A DNA stretch of 64,000 bases from Takakia lepidozioides (taxonomy: Eukaryota > Plantae > Bryophyta): NCBI GenBank assembly GCA_030704615.1, contig CM060731.1:75578001-75642000 (forward strand), written 5' to 3'. Under the pieces are notes generated by a model, which did not search any database, was not told the DNA's origin, and saw only the letters and a program-made list of their open reading frames with translations. Of the stretch, positions 11,096-24,021 are shown one piece after another. How positions within the stretch are numbered: position 1 is the first letter of the stretch; each line of letters begins with the position of its first letter. Both the position numbers and the translations under genes were made by a program.

Positions 11096-12839
11096 CGCAG
11101 TGATGAAATTTCAGCTGTGAACATGTTGTAGATAAGAAAGTTAGTGGGATGGGTATGTTCATCAGGACAGAACAACCTTGGACATTGAAATCGGGACCAA
11201 ATCTTTGACTCTTTTTTGATGGTCGGAACAAGGAATCACTCAAACTTGTGCTATGTAATACAATATCGAATTAAGCTAGGTGCTTGCGCGAGAAAAAGGC
11301 AAGTCACATGTGACTCGTTCCAATAGGCCTGCGAGATGTATCCAAACCAACATCCAGTATGAGAAGGTAGAAGACACACCGGGACAAAGGATCTAGTTTA
11401 TGCCAATCGACATCAGAGCAGCCATAACGAGACCTGCAAAAGCAGCGCCTTGAAAGAGGCTAGTGCTAGACTGCATCAGTATATAGTATCCAGTAGAAAT
11501 ATTGAATATGCGTCGAGAGAATTCAAACCAGTAGCCAGAAGAAGCAACAGAACGACGCCAAAGCTGATCAAAGCGACTCCGGGTAGCGCCATCATCGTTT
11601 TCATCAAGAACTTCGAATAAATGCACCTGCAAGAAAATGTAGGTATCAGCTCGAATATTGGAATGATGTATATCAGCTAGAATCTTAGCTGTACCTAGAC
11701 AAGACCTCTGGACACTAACAGACGCTGTCGACCGGTATAGTCGCCATAATACTCACGAACCATTGCCCACATACCGTCTCAACGGAAAGAGACGCAAGAA
11801 CTTAATTTGGTCTTGCGGGTAGAGCTAATAGTGCAAATACTACAAAGAGATTGAAGACTTGGATAGGAGGTCTCACGTATATATAGCAGTGCTTCTAGCC
11901 TTGCCTCATGCATGCCAGCCCACAGTCATACATCTGCATGCAAGAATTGACTCTGAGATGGATCCATGGCTTCCTATGTTAGAATATAAGATAGTATAAG
12001 TCAAGGATAGACACTCTGTGAATAGTCACACTAGGATAGTAAGGGTTGTTAGCAAATCCTTTCACATGAGGTAACTGAGAAGGGAGGGTGAAGCACACAT
12101 ATAGTGTGTTTTCTTGCACCATCTATAGGCATTATCACAGGATCATCATCATGAATCTCTGGTATGACAACACTTGATCCTCCAGCATACTTTTGTTCAT
12201 GTAGTACCAACTGGGATTGACATTTCACCAAACAAAACATCTATGTAACTACACAATGTTTGATGTCAATCGATAGGCTTGGACTTGGTGTTGTATCCAA
12301 GGAAGATACGTTTTGGACTCTTGGATGTAGCTTGTGTCTTAGTTCCTTTGGAACATGATATAGCAAATGCTTGCAAGTACCTCAAATAGCCAATATCTGG
12401 CTTCACTGGGCACCATGCCTCAAGTGAAGTCATCTTATTTCAAGAACTCTTGTTCATATACGATTTAACACATCCACTGCAGTATGAGCACCCTCTGCCT
12501 AAAGCTTAGGGTCCATTTTTTTTAAAACATCATACACCCTACACTCTCCACGATTGTTCTGTTATTCATTTCTACTACACCATTTTGCTCTGGATATTAT
12601 GAACACATATAAGAGAGAAAACAGGATGCCCAAGGGCCACAACTCAAATGACATTGTTCCAATGTAATGGTTTGTGGTGTCTCACAGTAATTTGATCTGT
12701 CACCATAACATTGTCCTCTTCTTGTGTCAAGGGGTTCTCTCAAAAGAAAAACACACTTTAAAAAAACATACAGACATGGTTGCAAAAGTCTCTCCTGTCG
12801 ATCTAGGTTTGAAGCTCTTCAATCCATCGCTACTCAATT

Positions 12840-13460
12840 AAACTTCTTACACCGGTCTCTATTCTCTGTACATTAATAACATTTCCTGAGAGGAAATATT
12901 CATGGAGCAGCCCCAGGGCTTCCAAGCAGCTGGCCAAGAAATTACAGTGTGCAAGTTACTTGAGAGTCTGTATGGGCCAAAGCAAGCATCTGGAGCGTCC
13001 AAGACGAGTTCAACACATTTATGGTAAAATGTGGATTATAAGCAGGTTGTGCTGACTCATGCATTTACTATTGTCCCAATCCTCCAAAGCTTGTTACAAC
13101 CATTTTTGATGAGCAGAAAAAAATGAAAGACATGGTTGACTACTTGAACCAAGATTTTGAGGTGACAACACACTTCACAATGCAACAGGCAATTGAGGAT
13201 GAACTACACCAGATTCTGAAGATTTTAGCCCAATTCGGCTTGACATATGCAAATCCAGTGTCAACACTGACTGACCCTAATGTTCACTTACAGTTTCCAT
13301 GAGACGACAATATTGAGGAGAGAGAAGATGACTTTCCCTGCGAAGTGGCAGTTGGCAGCTTATGTTTGCTATGCTCAGATCAAGACAGCGCGTATACGGT
13401 CAATACAATTGTAAAGTTCGCACAAAATCCTACACGGATTCTTTGTACATCCGTTGTAAG
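12840..13460 (+). pseudogene. Degenerate Ty1/copia reverse transcriptase remnant
   Basis: YMEQP-like codons, LLESLYGPKQAS (copia consensus LxKSLYGLKQA) and AVGSL(M)FAM. Many frameshifts. Confidence 0.65.
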
Positions 13461-15787
13461 ATTAGAAGATAATACTACTGTGATTCAGAGATTGCTTGAG
13501 GAGTACATCTCTTCTATTTCTGCTGAGTCCATAGATGGCGTGGGCTTCCTGTGGAGGTGATCATTACTTCTTCTTTCTCAACATAATCAAACACAAAAGA
13601 AGAGGGGAAAAGAAAGATGTACCTGTTCACGGGTATGTCTTTCCAACTTTCACCACCATGCATGGATTGAGGAAGCTACCTTTGCCATGTGTTTTAGTCC
13701 CAGGCTGATTTAACTCTGCTTGGGGTTAACTAGTATCTTATTATAGTGACGTGCCCGGCTGGGCAAAATGGGCAGCCCCGGATCTAGGGGAGAGGCCAGG
13801 AGAAAAGACACAGTTCCTGAGCATTCATCCCGTCCTGACCTCCTGTCATCACGCCTCTCTCACCTCATAAGCAGGGTAGTGATTTGTCAACTCCCTGTTT
13901 TTATCGTTGCAAGGAATGCTGTGAGAGCTTTGCTTTTGCAGCTTGAGCAGGGATTGTTGTATAGTGTAAAGCAGCTGCCCCAGGAGTTTCCACAATTTTC
14001 AGGACCCACCAGAGGGCAGGTCCAAAAAGCGCAGAATCTCCTCAGGGACAGGACCCAGGTGCTTTACACTGCCGTGAAACCAGCTGATATTTTTTTTTCC
14101 AGTATTTTCATTTGCTGAGTTGCCTTGGAACACTGTTATGTTCGATCTCTTACCAAGGGCAATCACCCATAACCCACAGTTCCATTTGGAAGTCATGGAG
14201 GTCATGGTGTGGACTAATGCCCTCAAAATACCTGGAAAATGAAGTTTGGTACATAGTCATTGCCGGATATGTAGATGCAACAGTGCCTGCCTCCAGGGAA
14301 GGAATGGGGAGGGTTTGGTGCAGAAACCCAAGTCTTCTACAGTTACAGACACCGTATGCCTGCCAAAACGTGCAACTGAATTGGTTGGAAGATCAACACT
14401 TGTTGACTTTGGATTTGCATCTCAGAATGAGAGAGGAGGTCTCACCTACAATCGGACTCCAAAGTCTGGCCACAGAACTGACTTGGAAGACCCTTCACAG
14501 CTCCTTTCAAGCCTGTGCCAACAGAAATGGTGCACCGATGATGCCGTTAAACACGCTCCGTTTGCTGACACAACAAGAGCCACAGCAGACGGTGAATTCA
14601 CATCCCTTAACTCCTGGATCAAGCATTCTGCCACATATGTGTCAACCCCTTTGATGGCCTCTTGCAATCCTTCCCACCTACTCATAATATAAGAATCGTG
14701 TTGGAGTGCAAGAATGCAAGTTGCTAGAGGCTGCTTGCGAGGCTGCGGTGGGAGCAGCAGCCAAATTTGAGGGACATGGCAGACAGGAGGATGTGGAAGG
14801 GCAAGATGAAGACAGAAAAAAGTTTTTCTGCTGAAGAAACTATTAAATTCGAACTAGAAATATTTGAGGATGTGGTGGCCGAGAAAATTGAAGAGGGAAC
14901 TGAGGAAGGAAGGGGCTATCAACTTGGAAGATGGGCCTGCTGTTACAGGCGTGGCAATCAACACGGATGGTGAGGATGGAGTACGAAGCTAGGGAGGAAG
15001 AGATAGAGGTGGAGAGAGCCGGACAGGAGCCAGAGAGAAGGGAACCATTGGATGTAGAGAGGTAGTCCAGTGTGCCTACCTAAAACTGGATATGAAGTTT
15101 TGAACCCAACACTAATATGGACAGACTTTCCCATTACAAGGATTAAGTTCCTCACAAAACTTGGAAAACTTACCAAGAGAGAAAACATAAGTACTGAAAA
15201 TAAGGTTTTAATAACAATTACCAATACTTTACTTTGTTGTTGGGGTTGCAGGATCGATGGCGAGAGAGTGGTTTTAGGGAGGGTAGGGTGGCACGATTTG
15301 GGCTGTGCAATGCTGACCACAGTGAAGAAAGAGGAATATACCTCAGCAAATACTGAGCCTGGAACAATGATGATACCGGTGGCATAAAACAATCTTCATA
15401 AGCCCTAGCAGTAAAAAAGCCTGTGGAAAGAGCCCTGCGTGCCAAAGTGCCTGCACGAATGCAGTGTGAAGAAAGCTCCATCTCTGGCACTTCATGATAC
15501 TGACCCCTAGCTGCATCCAGCTTCTCCATATGACCATCCACCCACTCAGGTTTCTTGTACAGCTATTCATCCATGGTCTCTTGAGTTTATCCGTACCAAC
15601 TCCATCCCTGCCTTCATCTGGCATCAAAAAATATGGATGGATCTTTGCACCTTAGAACTAGGGTTGCACAAATTGCAGCGTCTTTTTCAATCTTGTGAGG
15701 CCACAGTTTCCACTTCACTCTTTACAAACAAAAAACATGGAGTGGTATATGACTAAACAACAGTCTCTTTCATGAATGTTGCTCGTT

Positions 15788-18466
15788 TCACCAGTAATCC
15801 CCGCAAGAACAAGCCCCATCTTGAAAGTGATGAAAGCGGTTGGCATCCCGCACAACAATTGATCGCTCAACAATCTTTGAGATGAACTTGGTGGCTGTGT
15901 GGCAGTCGCCACACACCCTAAGGTTTTTGATAAGGCGAAGAGGTCTCCCAGGGGGTGTGCTGATGAGCCCAAACGCAATGGCCAGCTTCTCACTGTGATG
16001 GCAAAGTGAAAATTCTTTCTGCTGCTCCTCCGCATCATACAATACATAGTGTGTGTCAGGCACGTACCCAGCTGCCTTCATCTGCTCAGACAATTTCTTC
16101 AGCTTGGCATGGATTTCCTCAATTTGTGGATGCAATTTTTCGTCTACCACAAATGTATGCATCCTATTGTTGACCTCAATGCAGGAGCGACCGGGCTCCT
16201 GTCTGATACCTTTGACATTCATCATCTTTCTCACCTTTGCAGTGTCTTCCCACCTGCCAGCTGCAGCATAGATGTTTGATAGCAGCACATAAGTTGCAGC
16301 ATCCTGAGCATCCCACTTGAGAAGGCATGTTGCTGCATGCTCTGCCACCTCCACATTGCCATGAATTCTGCAGGCACCAAGCAAGGCCCCCCACACTGCA
16401 GTGTTTGGCTTAACTGGCATCTTTATAATGAAATCATGTGCCTCATCCAATTGCCCTGCACGGCCAAGAAGGTCAACCATGCAGCCAAAATGTTCGACTG
16501 TAGGAGTGAGGTCATGATCTCGACTCATGGTATCAAAGTAGTGACGGGCTTCATCCACTAGGCCCACATGGCTACAAGCAGAAAGAAGAGATATAAAGGT
16601 GATACCATTCGGCTTCAAACCTTCCTGTTGCATTTGTTTGAATAGTTGAAGTGCCTCCTCACCACACCCATGCTGAGCATACCCTGCGATCATTGCGTTC
16701 CATGAGACAACATCTCGTTGAGGCATATTCTCGAATACTTGGCGCGCATCCTTAATATTCCCACATTTGGCAAACATGTCCACGAGGGCATTCTGCAGGA
16801 TGACATTTGGCACGATTCCAGCATTGATGATGTCAATCTGGATCTCTTTGCCCTTGTCTAGGGCTGCCAGGCTGGCACAAGCATTCAGAACGCAAACGAA
16901 TGTGACCTGGTCGGGCATCACTCCTTCCTGTAACATTTGCTCAAAGGTCTCCAAAGCCTCCCTACCGCACCCATGCTGAGCGTATCCTGCAATCATCGCA
17001 TTCCACGAGACAATATCTCGTTCACCCATACTATTAAACACTTGATTAGCATACTTCACACTCCCGCATTTGGCATACATAGCAATAAGTGCAGTGTAAA
17101 GAATGATATTTGGCACAATTCCAGCTTTGATGATGTCAGCGTGCACCTCTTTGCCCTTTTCCAGGGCTGCAAGGCTGCCACATGCATTGAGAACGGAAAT
17201 GTACGTAACATTGGTGGGCCTCACCCCTTCCAGTACCATTTGCTTGAAGCTCTCCAAAGCCTCCCCACCACACCTGTGCTTAGCATATCCGGCAATCATC
17301 GTGTTCCAGGAGATCACATCTCGTTGAGACATACTGTGGAACACTCGACTCGCATCCTTTATGTCCCCACATTTGGCATACATGTCAACAAGGGTATTCT
17401 CCAGAATGATATCTGGTACAATCCCAGCCTGAATGACGTCAGCATGGACCTCTTTGCCCTTGTCTAGGGCTCCAATGCTAGCACATGCATTGAGAATGCA
17501 GATGAAGGTAACCTTGTCAGGTGTCACCCTTTCCAGTAGCATATGCTCATAGATCTCTAGAGCCTCCCTACCACACCCATGCTGGGCATATCCTGCGATC
17601 ATTGCATTCCATGAGACCACATTCCGTTGAGCCATGTTGTCAAACACTCGGCTTGCATCATTTATGCTCCCACATTTGGCATACATGGCCACAAGTGCAG
17701 TGTCCAGAATGATACTTGATTCAATTCCAGCTTTGATGATCTGAGTGTGTACATCTCTGCCCTTTTCCAGGTCGGCCAGGCCGGCACATGCATTGAGAAT
17801 GCAAACAAAAGTGACTTGGTCAGGCATCACCCCTTCCCGTCTCATTTGCTCATAAATTTCAAAGGCCCCACTACCATACCCATGCTTGGCATATCCTGTC
17901 ATCATTATAGTCCATGTAAAAATATTCCGTGCACGCATCTTGTCAAACACTAGGCGTGCATCCACAACACTCCCGCACTTGGCATACATGTTGATGAGGG
18001 TGTTATGTAAGAAGATGTTTGGCTTGAATCCACTTTCGAAGATGTGGGCGTGCACCTTCTTTCCCTCTGCTAGGCCTTTCATCTTGATGCATTCCTGTAA
18101 GAGACAGACATAAGTACTTGAGTTTGCCAACATGCCTCCTTGATTTAGAATGTGCAGTGCCTCTTTCAGTTTTCCTGCCTTGCATAGTGTCCTCACATCC
18201 CCACCAGAGCCAAAAGAGTTTTTGTGGTCTCCCTCTCTTTGCCCTCGTTCAGAAGCAGTTGTTATCATGGAGGTTCCAGATTCAAGCACCTGTGCTGCTG
18301 CCACTTCCAGTTGATCATCTACCCGTATAGGTTTCTTGTAGTTATTACTCCACAGTGCCTTGTGGGTACTCTGGTGCCTGAAATCCGGTCCTCTAGGATT
18401 AATCTGCACCCATAACACCCTCAGTATGATGCATGCCATAGCTTTACAAACATAGATTGAGACCAT
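15788..18466 (-). CDS. PLS-class PPR-DYW protein (organellar C-to-U RNA editing factor) with an N-terminal half PDF motif
   Basis: About 17 PPR motifs (L,S,(PLS)x4,P2,L2,S2), then E1/E2, PG box PGRSCIEV, deaminase HSEK...CGDC and terminal DYW. A likely splice acceptor GTGCAG|ATT at 18404/18403 suggests the true 5' exon lies upstream. Confidence 0.95.
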   Translation of the reverse strand: MVSIYVCKAMACIILRVLWVQINPRGPDFRHQSTHKALWSNNYKKPIRVDDQLEVAAAQVLESGTSMITTASERGQREGDHKNSFGSGGDVRTLCKAGKLKEALHILNQGGMLANSSTYVCLLQECIKMKGLAEGKKVHAHIFESGFKPNIFLHNTLINMYAKCGSVVDARLVFDKMRARNIFTWTIMMTGYAKHGYGSGAFEIYEQMRREGVMPDQVTFVCILNACAGLADLEKGRDVHTQIIKAGIESSIILDTALVAMYAKCGSINDASRVFDNMAQRNVVSWNAMIAGYAQHGCGREALEIYEHMLLERVTPDKVTFICILNACASIGALDKGKEVHADVIQAGIVPDIILENTLVDMYAKCGDIKDASRVFHSMSQRDVISWNTMIAGYAKHRCGGEALESFKQMVLEGVRPTNVTYISVLNACGSLAALEKGKEVHADIIKAGIVPNIILYTALIAMYAKCGSVKYANQVFNSMGERDIVSWNAMIAGYAQHGCGREALETFEQMLQEGVMPDQVTFVCVLNACASLAALDKGKEIQIDIINAGIVPNVILQNALVDMFAKCGNIKDARQVFENMPQRDVVSWNAMIAGYAQHGCGEEALQLFKQMQQEGLKPNGITFISLLSACSHVGLVDEARHYFDTMSRDHDLTPTVEHFGCMVDLLGRAGQLDEAHDFIIKMPVKPNTAVWGALLGACRIHGNVEVAEHAATCLLKWDAQDAATYVLLSNIYAAAGRWEDTAKVRKMMNVKGIRQEPGRSCIEVNNRMHTFVVDEKLHPQIEEIHAKLKKLSEQMKAAGYVPDTHYVLYDAEEQQKEFSLCHHSEKLAIAFGLISTPPGRPLRLIKNLRVCGDCHTATKFISKIVERSIVVRDANRFHHFQDGACSCGDYW

Positions 18467-19299
18467 TCAAGGCAAAGGGGAATTGCACACCACTTTTTTG
18501 ACACGCTCGTTGGCACCAGCAGGACCACCAGTGACATTATCGGGAAGGTAGGGATGGCTCACACACACTTCATTCATCACCAATATTGCAGTCTTCTCCC
18601 ACCGTACTGGTAACCTGATCCATCACACATATTCCATTACCAGAAGCTCCCTCTCCACACTGAATCTACACTACTCTGCGACAGTTGATGGTCAAAATCT
18701 CAAGGAGGCACCCGGTGAGTCAGCTTAGATTAATACTCTCTCTATCATGTGGAACCATGAAGAGGTGTGTACTCCAGAGCACCCTGTAGTACACTAGATG
18801 CCTGTGAGTGCTCCAACCACACTGGGCAATTCTTGGCCCCAAAGGTATGGCAGCAAAGCCTCTCTCCTCCATCTATGACCATCAAAATGCATTGTGCACA
18901 AGATGAGGACGGCTGACCAGTTTGAATAGTTTACTTTAGCTTGCTTCCCTTTCCTCCCTTCTTTGTTCTTTCCAAGGATTTGGGGTTTTTCTATCATATG
19001 TTAAGCTGTACAGGATATCATCAACTACAAAGGAGCTACAAGGGAAAAGAACAGAAATACTCTGAAAATGATGAAAATCTGTGGGAAGGCGGGTTACCTG
19101 GTGCTGAATGTGCTCCCAAAAATTAGTAGCTTAAGTAAAACGCTTCCTTTCCGGCACTATATGACATAGTATAGTGCTGAGGGCAGGCCCGGGGGGGGGC
19201 GGAGGGCTGCAGTCTCAATATTGTGAGATCGAGGTTGGGGACGGTGCAATGTGTGTGCTCATGGAGAAGAGGTGAAACAAAGACGATGAGGACAGCGTT

Positions 19300-22243
19300 T
19301 TCTGTAATCGCAAGCCACAACAGAAGCCAACCAGCAGAGGGAGCGATGTCTAAGGGCAGAAACGGAGGTAGTGGAGCAAGCCAAATTCATTGTGGACCTC
19401 AAAGATACAATATGTCACAATGAGGGTGCTTTACAGCAATACAAACAGGTTGAGGCTAACCAGGAGAAGTACATTGTGGAGTTACAACAGACCCATATGT
19501 CGAATAGGAATCAACTCTCTGTAGCTAACAAGGCAGCGAGGGAAGCCAATAATCTGGCTGCAGCTTATGCCAATTTAGTTGAACCTCATGAGAAGCGCAT
19601 GCAAGGATTACAACAGCAGTTAGATGCCTACAGACTTAAGGAGGAGCAGAGTCTCAGAGATGTTACACAGGACAGAGTGGATGACCAACTTTTAAAAGTA
19701 TGGTTAACACAAGGGCCAATGGAAGGGAAAGCACCCAGAAAGCTCAACCAGGGGGAGATGAATGACCTGAGGCTGCAAGTGCAGAATATTGCCACCACTA
19801 CTATAGACAATGTCTATAGTAGAATAGGAGAGCTCCAAGAGGATGTGGATACACTGCAGACTCAAGTGGAGGACTTGAGTTCAAACATAGACCAAAGGCT
19901 CATGATTCCTGAAGAACATCTCATGGAGGCGTATTTGAGGGCCAGAACTCTAGTTTTCGGGTCTTCTTCGCAAGAAGTGCAAGGGATGCCAATGGTGGAA
20001 ACACCAATAGAACCCGTTTCACAGCAGATGGTTGTACAGGTTACTGAATCTCCTATGACAGCAGATGCGCGGCCTGAGGTATGGGGAAATGCTGCTTTCA
20101 AACCACCCAAGACTCATGCTGCACAGGAATACAACCGAGCAATGATCATGCCCTTCAATGAAATTCCACATAGCTTGGATTTGGCGTGGAATCAATTTGG
20201 TCCTCCACAATCCTTTCCACACTACTACCAAATAATGCGCATTTGGTTGCCAGTGGCCACTCGGACTAAGATTCTAGCAATGAATCAGCTCATTGAGGAT
20301 CATCATTTTTCAAGGTACTGGTCTAAGGCAGGCACCATGTTGAAGGAGTTAATAGCTTTCCAGGTTGTTCATGGGCACATTCACACCAAAACAAAGGAAG
20401 TAGCGAGTTTGGTCATGGGCTGTGGAATTTATTATACAGCTTGTTTCATTGCATGTTACCACATTGAGCAGCAGAAGATGCAGTCCAGATTTCTGACTTA
20501 TTCCACTACAGATCATTGGACCTTACCTGTGGTGCCGCATCATACGTATTTATATGATGTGAAAATCATGTTACAGAGGGATTCACAACTCCGTTCATGG
20601 TTTAACGGGTCCTGGAACAACTTGAACAACGAAAAACAGCATATTGACGACATTTTTAATAAGGAACAGACAGCTTGGCAATACCTATACTGCTCCAAAG
20701 TTACTGGCACACCTCTCACCTACACTGAGAAGGAATTGTTGAAGTTCAATCAACTTGCTTTCAACAGGTTACACAACGTTGTGAAGCTTAAGGTTCCTGA
20801 CATGGTGGGGCCACACTGTATGTCAATTTTCATTCCAGAGAAACCAAAAAAGGCAAGAAAACCAAAAAACTGCAGGACTGAAACAGATTCGGACACAACA
20901 GCTGAATCTTCAGAACAAACTCTTGACGTATGGGAGGAATATGATCAAGCACTGCACGACAAAAAACGACGGGGATCTCCCACACCAGAGCCATTACAGC
21001 CGGTTCAGTCAAAGGGCAACAAATCAGGTACAAGTACAGCTCAAGCATCTCCAGCAAGCAGTCATAGAACTCGGGCACGTACAGAGAGCCCTCCAAGGCA
21101 CTCTCACAAACAGACAGGACCACGTTCACAAAGATTTACTGATCCTAAGCAGTAAACCGTGAGGACACGGCTTTTAAAGAGGGGAAGGGGTTTATGGGTT
21201 CTGAGGGGTACCCTTAATTTTTTAAGACAGCCCGTCACAGCCATACATAGCCCATCACAGCCCGTCACAGCCAGTCACAGCCCGTCACAGTCATAGCCCG
21301 TCACAGCCATACACAGCCAGTCACAGCCCGACACAGCCCGAAACCGCCGTCACAGTCTGACACAGCTGTCACAGTCGTAGGGAACGGTTATCATGACAGG
21401 GAACGACTGTGGGGAACAACATCTGCCGGGGAACATGTAATACACGGAAGACGGTTAGTGAAGGAAAACAGTTAGAACAGGGGGAAGGGATAAAGCGGGC
21501 AACGGAGACATTGGGAATTATCCCATATCGTTTGCACATAGTGAGGGTGCTTTTCTAGTATATAAGGATAGGCTTGGCTCTTAGGACTTCGTCTCTTGGT
21601 GTTCCACTGATGGGCTTGAGCAATCAAGCGAAACTTGTTTGGAATAAAACACCTTAACTCTTTTTGTGTCTCCACACTTAGAGAAGTCGAGAGTCTAGTC
21701 CTTGCCCGCCCGGGCAACTTGGATCGAAGGGGTGCTCGGCTCCAAGGGGAATCCCAACCCTTGGTTACTTCTGAGGCCTTTTTTCTTTCCAAAGCATGGG
21801 CGTATAGAGTCTTCCGTTTGACGCCATCTTAGCCACCGCTTACAATGGGGAAGGCGGCTGGGGATATATGGTAATCGTGTCGGGAAAGCTAATTTATCCC
21901 CGACTACACGGTTCCCCCTGTCGTACGCCCGATGGTCGGAGAGAAGGGACTTGGTTGATCCTCCCTCGAGTTCATCTCGAGCGATCAGAGGACTATGGGC
22001 ATGCACAAGCCTCTGCCGACCTAACCTTCTCGTCGATGACCTTATGCGGTAATCCCTCCCATTCTTCCTTAGAGGTACGAACCTTTTTTTGAAGGTGGGG
22101 CATATAAGTTTTCCAACTAGGGGGTGAGACTTGACCCTATGTTTGTGAGTGCCTTGAGCGCATGCTTGCCCATAGTGAGCAAGATTTTTGTCGCTAAACA
22201 AGGAGAAGCAAACATAAAAAAGCTTACGGTTGGAGCGAAAGTG
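19300..22243 (+). mobile_element. 3' part of a related non-chromoviral Gypsy element (family D): extra ORF, PPT and partial LTR
   Basis: The ORF is paralogous to 25130-27466. PPT AAAGAGGGGAAGGGG lies at ~21176-21190. The LTR has a CACAGCC array and a block homologous to the A/B LTRs. Its distal part matches 63411-64000 in reverse complement. Confidence 0.85.
19371..21155 (+). CDS. Retrotransposon accessory ORF (coiled-coil plus unknown globular domain), 5' truncated
   Basis: 594 aa open frame. It shares blocks such as LRLQVQNIATTTIDNVYSRI and HYYQIMRIWLPVATRTK with the 778-aa ORF. Confidence 0.8.
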   Translation: MEQAKFIVDLKDTICHNEGALQQYKQVEANQEKYIVELQQTHMSNRNQLSVANKAAREANNLAAAYANLVEPHEKRMQGLQQQLDAYRLKEEQSLRDVTQDRVDDQLLKVWLTQGPMEGKAPRKLNQGEMNDLRLQVQNIATTTIDNVYSRIGELQEDVDTLQTQVEDLSSNIDQRLMIPEEHLMEAYLRARTLVFGSSSQEVQGMPMVETPIEPVSQQMVVQVTESPMTADARPEVWGNAAFKPPKTHAAQEYNRAMIMPFNEIPHSLDLAWNQFGPPQSFPHYYQIMRIWLPVATRTKILAMNQLIEDHHFSRYWSKAGTMLKELIAFQVVHGHIHTKTKEVASLVMGCGIYYTACFIACYHIEQQKMQSRFLTYSTTDHWTLPVVPHHTYLYDVKIMLQRDSQLRSWFNGSWNNLNNEKQHIDDIFNKEQTAWQYLYCSKVTGTPLTYTEKELLKFNQLAFNRLHNVVKLKVPDMVGPHCMSIFIPEKPKKARKPKNCRTETDSDTTAESSEQTLDVWEEYDQALHDKKRRGSPTPEPLQPVQSKGNKSGTSTAQASPASSHRTRARTESPPRHSHKQTGPRSQRFTDPKQ

Positions 22244-24021
22244 GTCCTAGCCTCTGACATTCATCACAACTCTGACAATACTTGTGTACATCTTTGAACA
22301 AAGTAGGCCACCAGTAACCTGCAAGTAGTATCTTCCTACTGGTAGTCTCTTCTCCAAAATGACCTCCAGCCACTCCTTTATGAACTTCCTCCAAAACTTT
22401 ATTTACTTCATGGTGGTACAAGCATCGTTTAAGTACTCCATCATGTCCTAGCTTATACATTCTGCCCCCTACCATAGTATAAGGTAAAGCCTTGATAGCG
22501 ATTCTCTTCCTCTGCTCCTTACCATAACTAGGTGGGCACTGACCATGAATAAGGTAGTATCTGATTGGCCACTGCCAATCTAACCATTCATCTGCACTTC
22601 CTTGCACCTCCATTGCAAATAAACTCGCATCAGGCAATTGGTCGTCTATTCCTGTGGCGGGCTCTCCTGTTGTTAGGCGTGACAAATGATCTGCCACAAG
22701 ATGCAGACGGCCAGGCTTGTAAACAACTTCGAACTCAAACTCGTGCAAGATTATTAACCACCTTGCTATCCTTCCACTTATCAAAGGTTTGTTCACCAGA
22801 TATATTAGAGCCTGGTGATCCACATAAAACATAAACTTTCTTCCCAATAGGTAATGCCTGAATTTCTTGACTGCATAAATCATTGCCAGTGCTTCTCTTT
22901 CAGTTGTGCTATAGTTCCTCTCAGCACTGTTCATCAACCTGCTAGCATAGTACACATGTGAATCTATATTTCCTGTAACATTTGGGGCTAACACCGCTCC
23001 CAACGCTTCTCCTGAGGCATCACAGTGAACATGAAATACTACATGCCAGTGAGGGTTAATCAGCACAGGTGTAGTTGTTACTGACAATGTAAGTTCCTCA
23101 AAAGCCTGTTGACATTCAGCTGTCCATGCAAACACTGCATCTTTCTTCAGAAGTTTGCTTAATGGTGCTGCTATCTGTGCATACCTTTTGACAAATCTTC
23201 TGTAATAACTGGTTTGTCCAAGGAATCTCCTTAGACTCTTAACATTTACTGGTGGTGGAGAGGCTTTAATGACCTCTATCTTCCTGGGATCCACAAGAAG
23301 TCCCCTCTTACACACAATGTGTCCCAAAAGCACCCCTGAGTTCACACAGAAAGTACATTTCTATGGATTCAGGCCCAGACCTCTCATCCTGCATCTGGCC
23401 AAACATAACTCCAATTTATGCAAGTGCTCATTCTTAGAGCTGTACACATTGAAATCATCCAAGAACACCTGCATGAAATCATCCAGATACTCATGAAAAG
23501 ATTCACTTATCACTCTCTGAAAGGTTGCTGGTGCATTACAAAGTCCAAAAGGCATGACTTTGTATACATAAGCACCCCAGTCTGTGATGAAAGCTGTCTT
23601 TCCCTGGTCTTCTTCTGCCACTTGCACTTGATTATAACCACTGAAGTCATCCATGAATGAGTACATCTCATGGCATGCCACAGTGTTCAACACCGCTTCT
23701 GTGAATGGCAAAGGGAAATGATCTTTCTTCGTGCACGCATTCAACTTCTTATAGTTCACACAAACTCTCAGTTTACCATTCTTCTTGGGAACTATCACAA
23801 TGGATGACAACCAAGTTGTATACTCTATCGGGTATATAAACTTAGCCTCAGCCAACTTCTTGATCTCTTCTCCAACCTTCTGTGCATAGTTGGGATTCAT
23901 TCTGTACCTTGCCTGTTTGATTGGTACTGACCCTCGTTCCAATTCAATCTTATGCTGACAGATCTCAGGTGGTATCCCTTTTAGATCCTTGTAGCTCCAA
24001 GCAAATACATCTCTGTATTTG
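22244..24021 (-). pseudogene. Gypsy pol fragment (RT, RNase H, integrase Zn-binding region), copy C
   Basis: LRVCVNYKKLN, MPFGLCNAPATFQ, FLDDF, HCDASG, NYSTTERE and GHFG...YWWP...CQSCDECQR. Near-identical to 36437-38217. Confidence 0.92.

Noticed and set aside
13750-15630. Several 100-180 aa ORFs
   Set aside because: No recognisable motifs, and they overlap in conflicting frames. Probably decayed repeat or UTR sequence.
15788-16200. U-to-C (DYW:KP-type) editing factor
   Set aside because: It has a PG box, HSEK and a terminal DYW typical of C-to-U factors.
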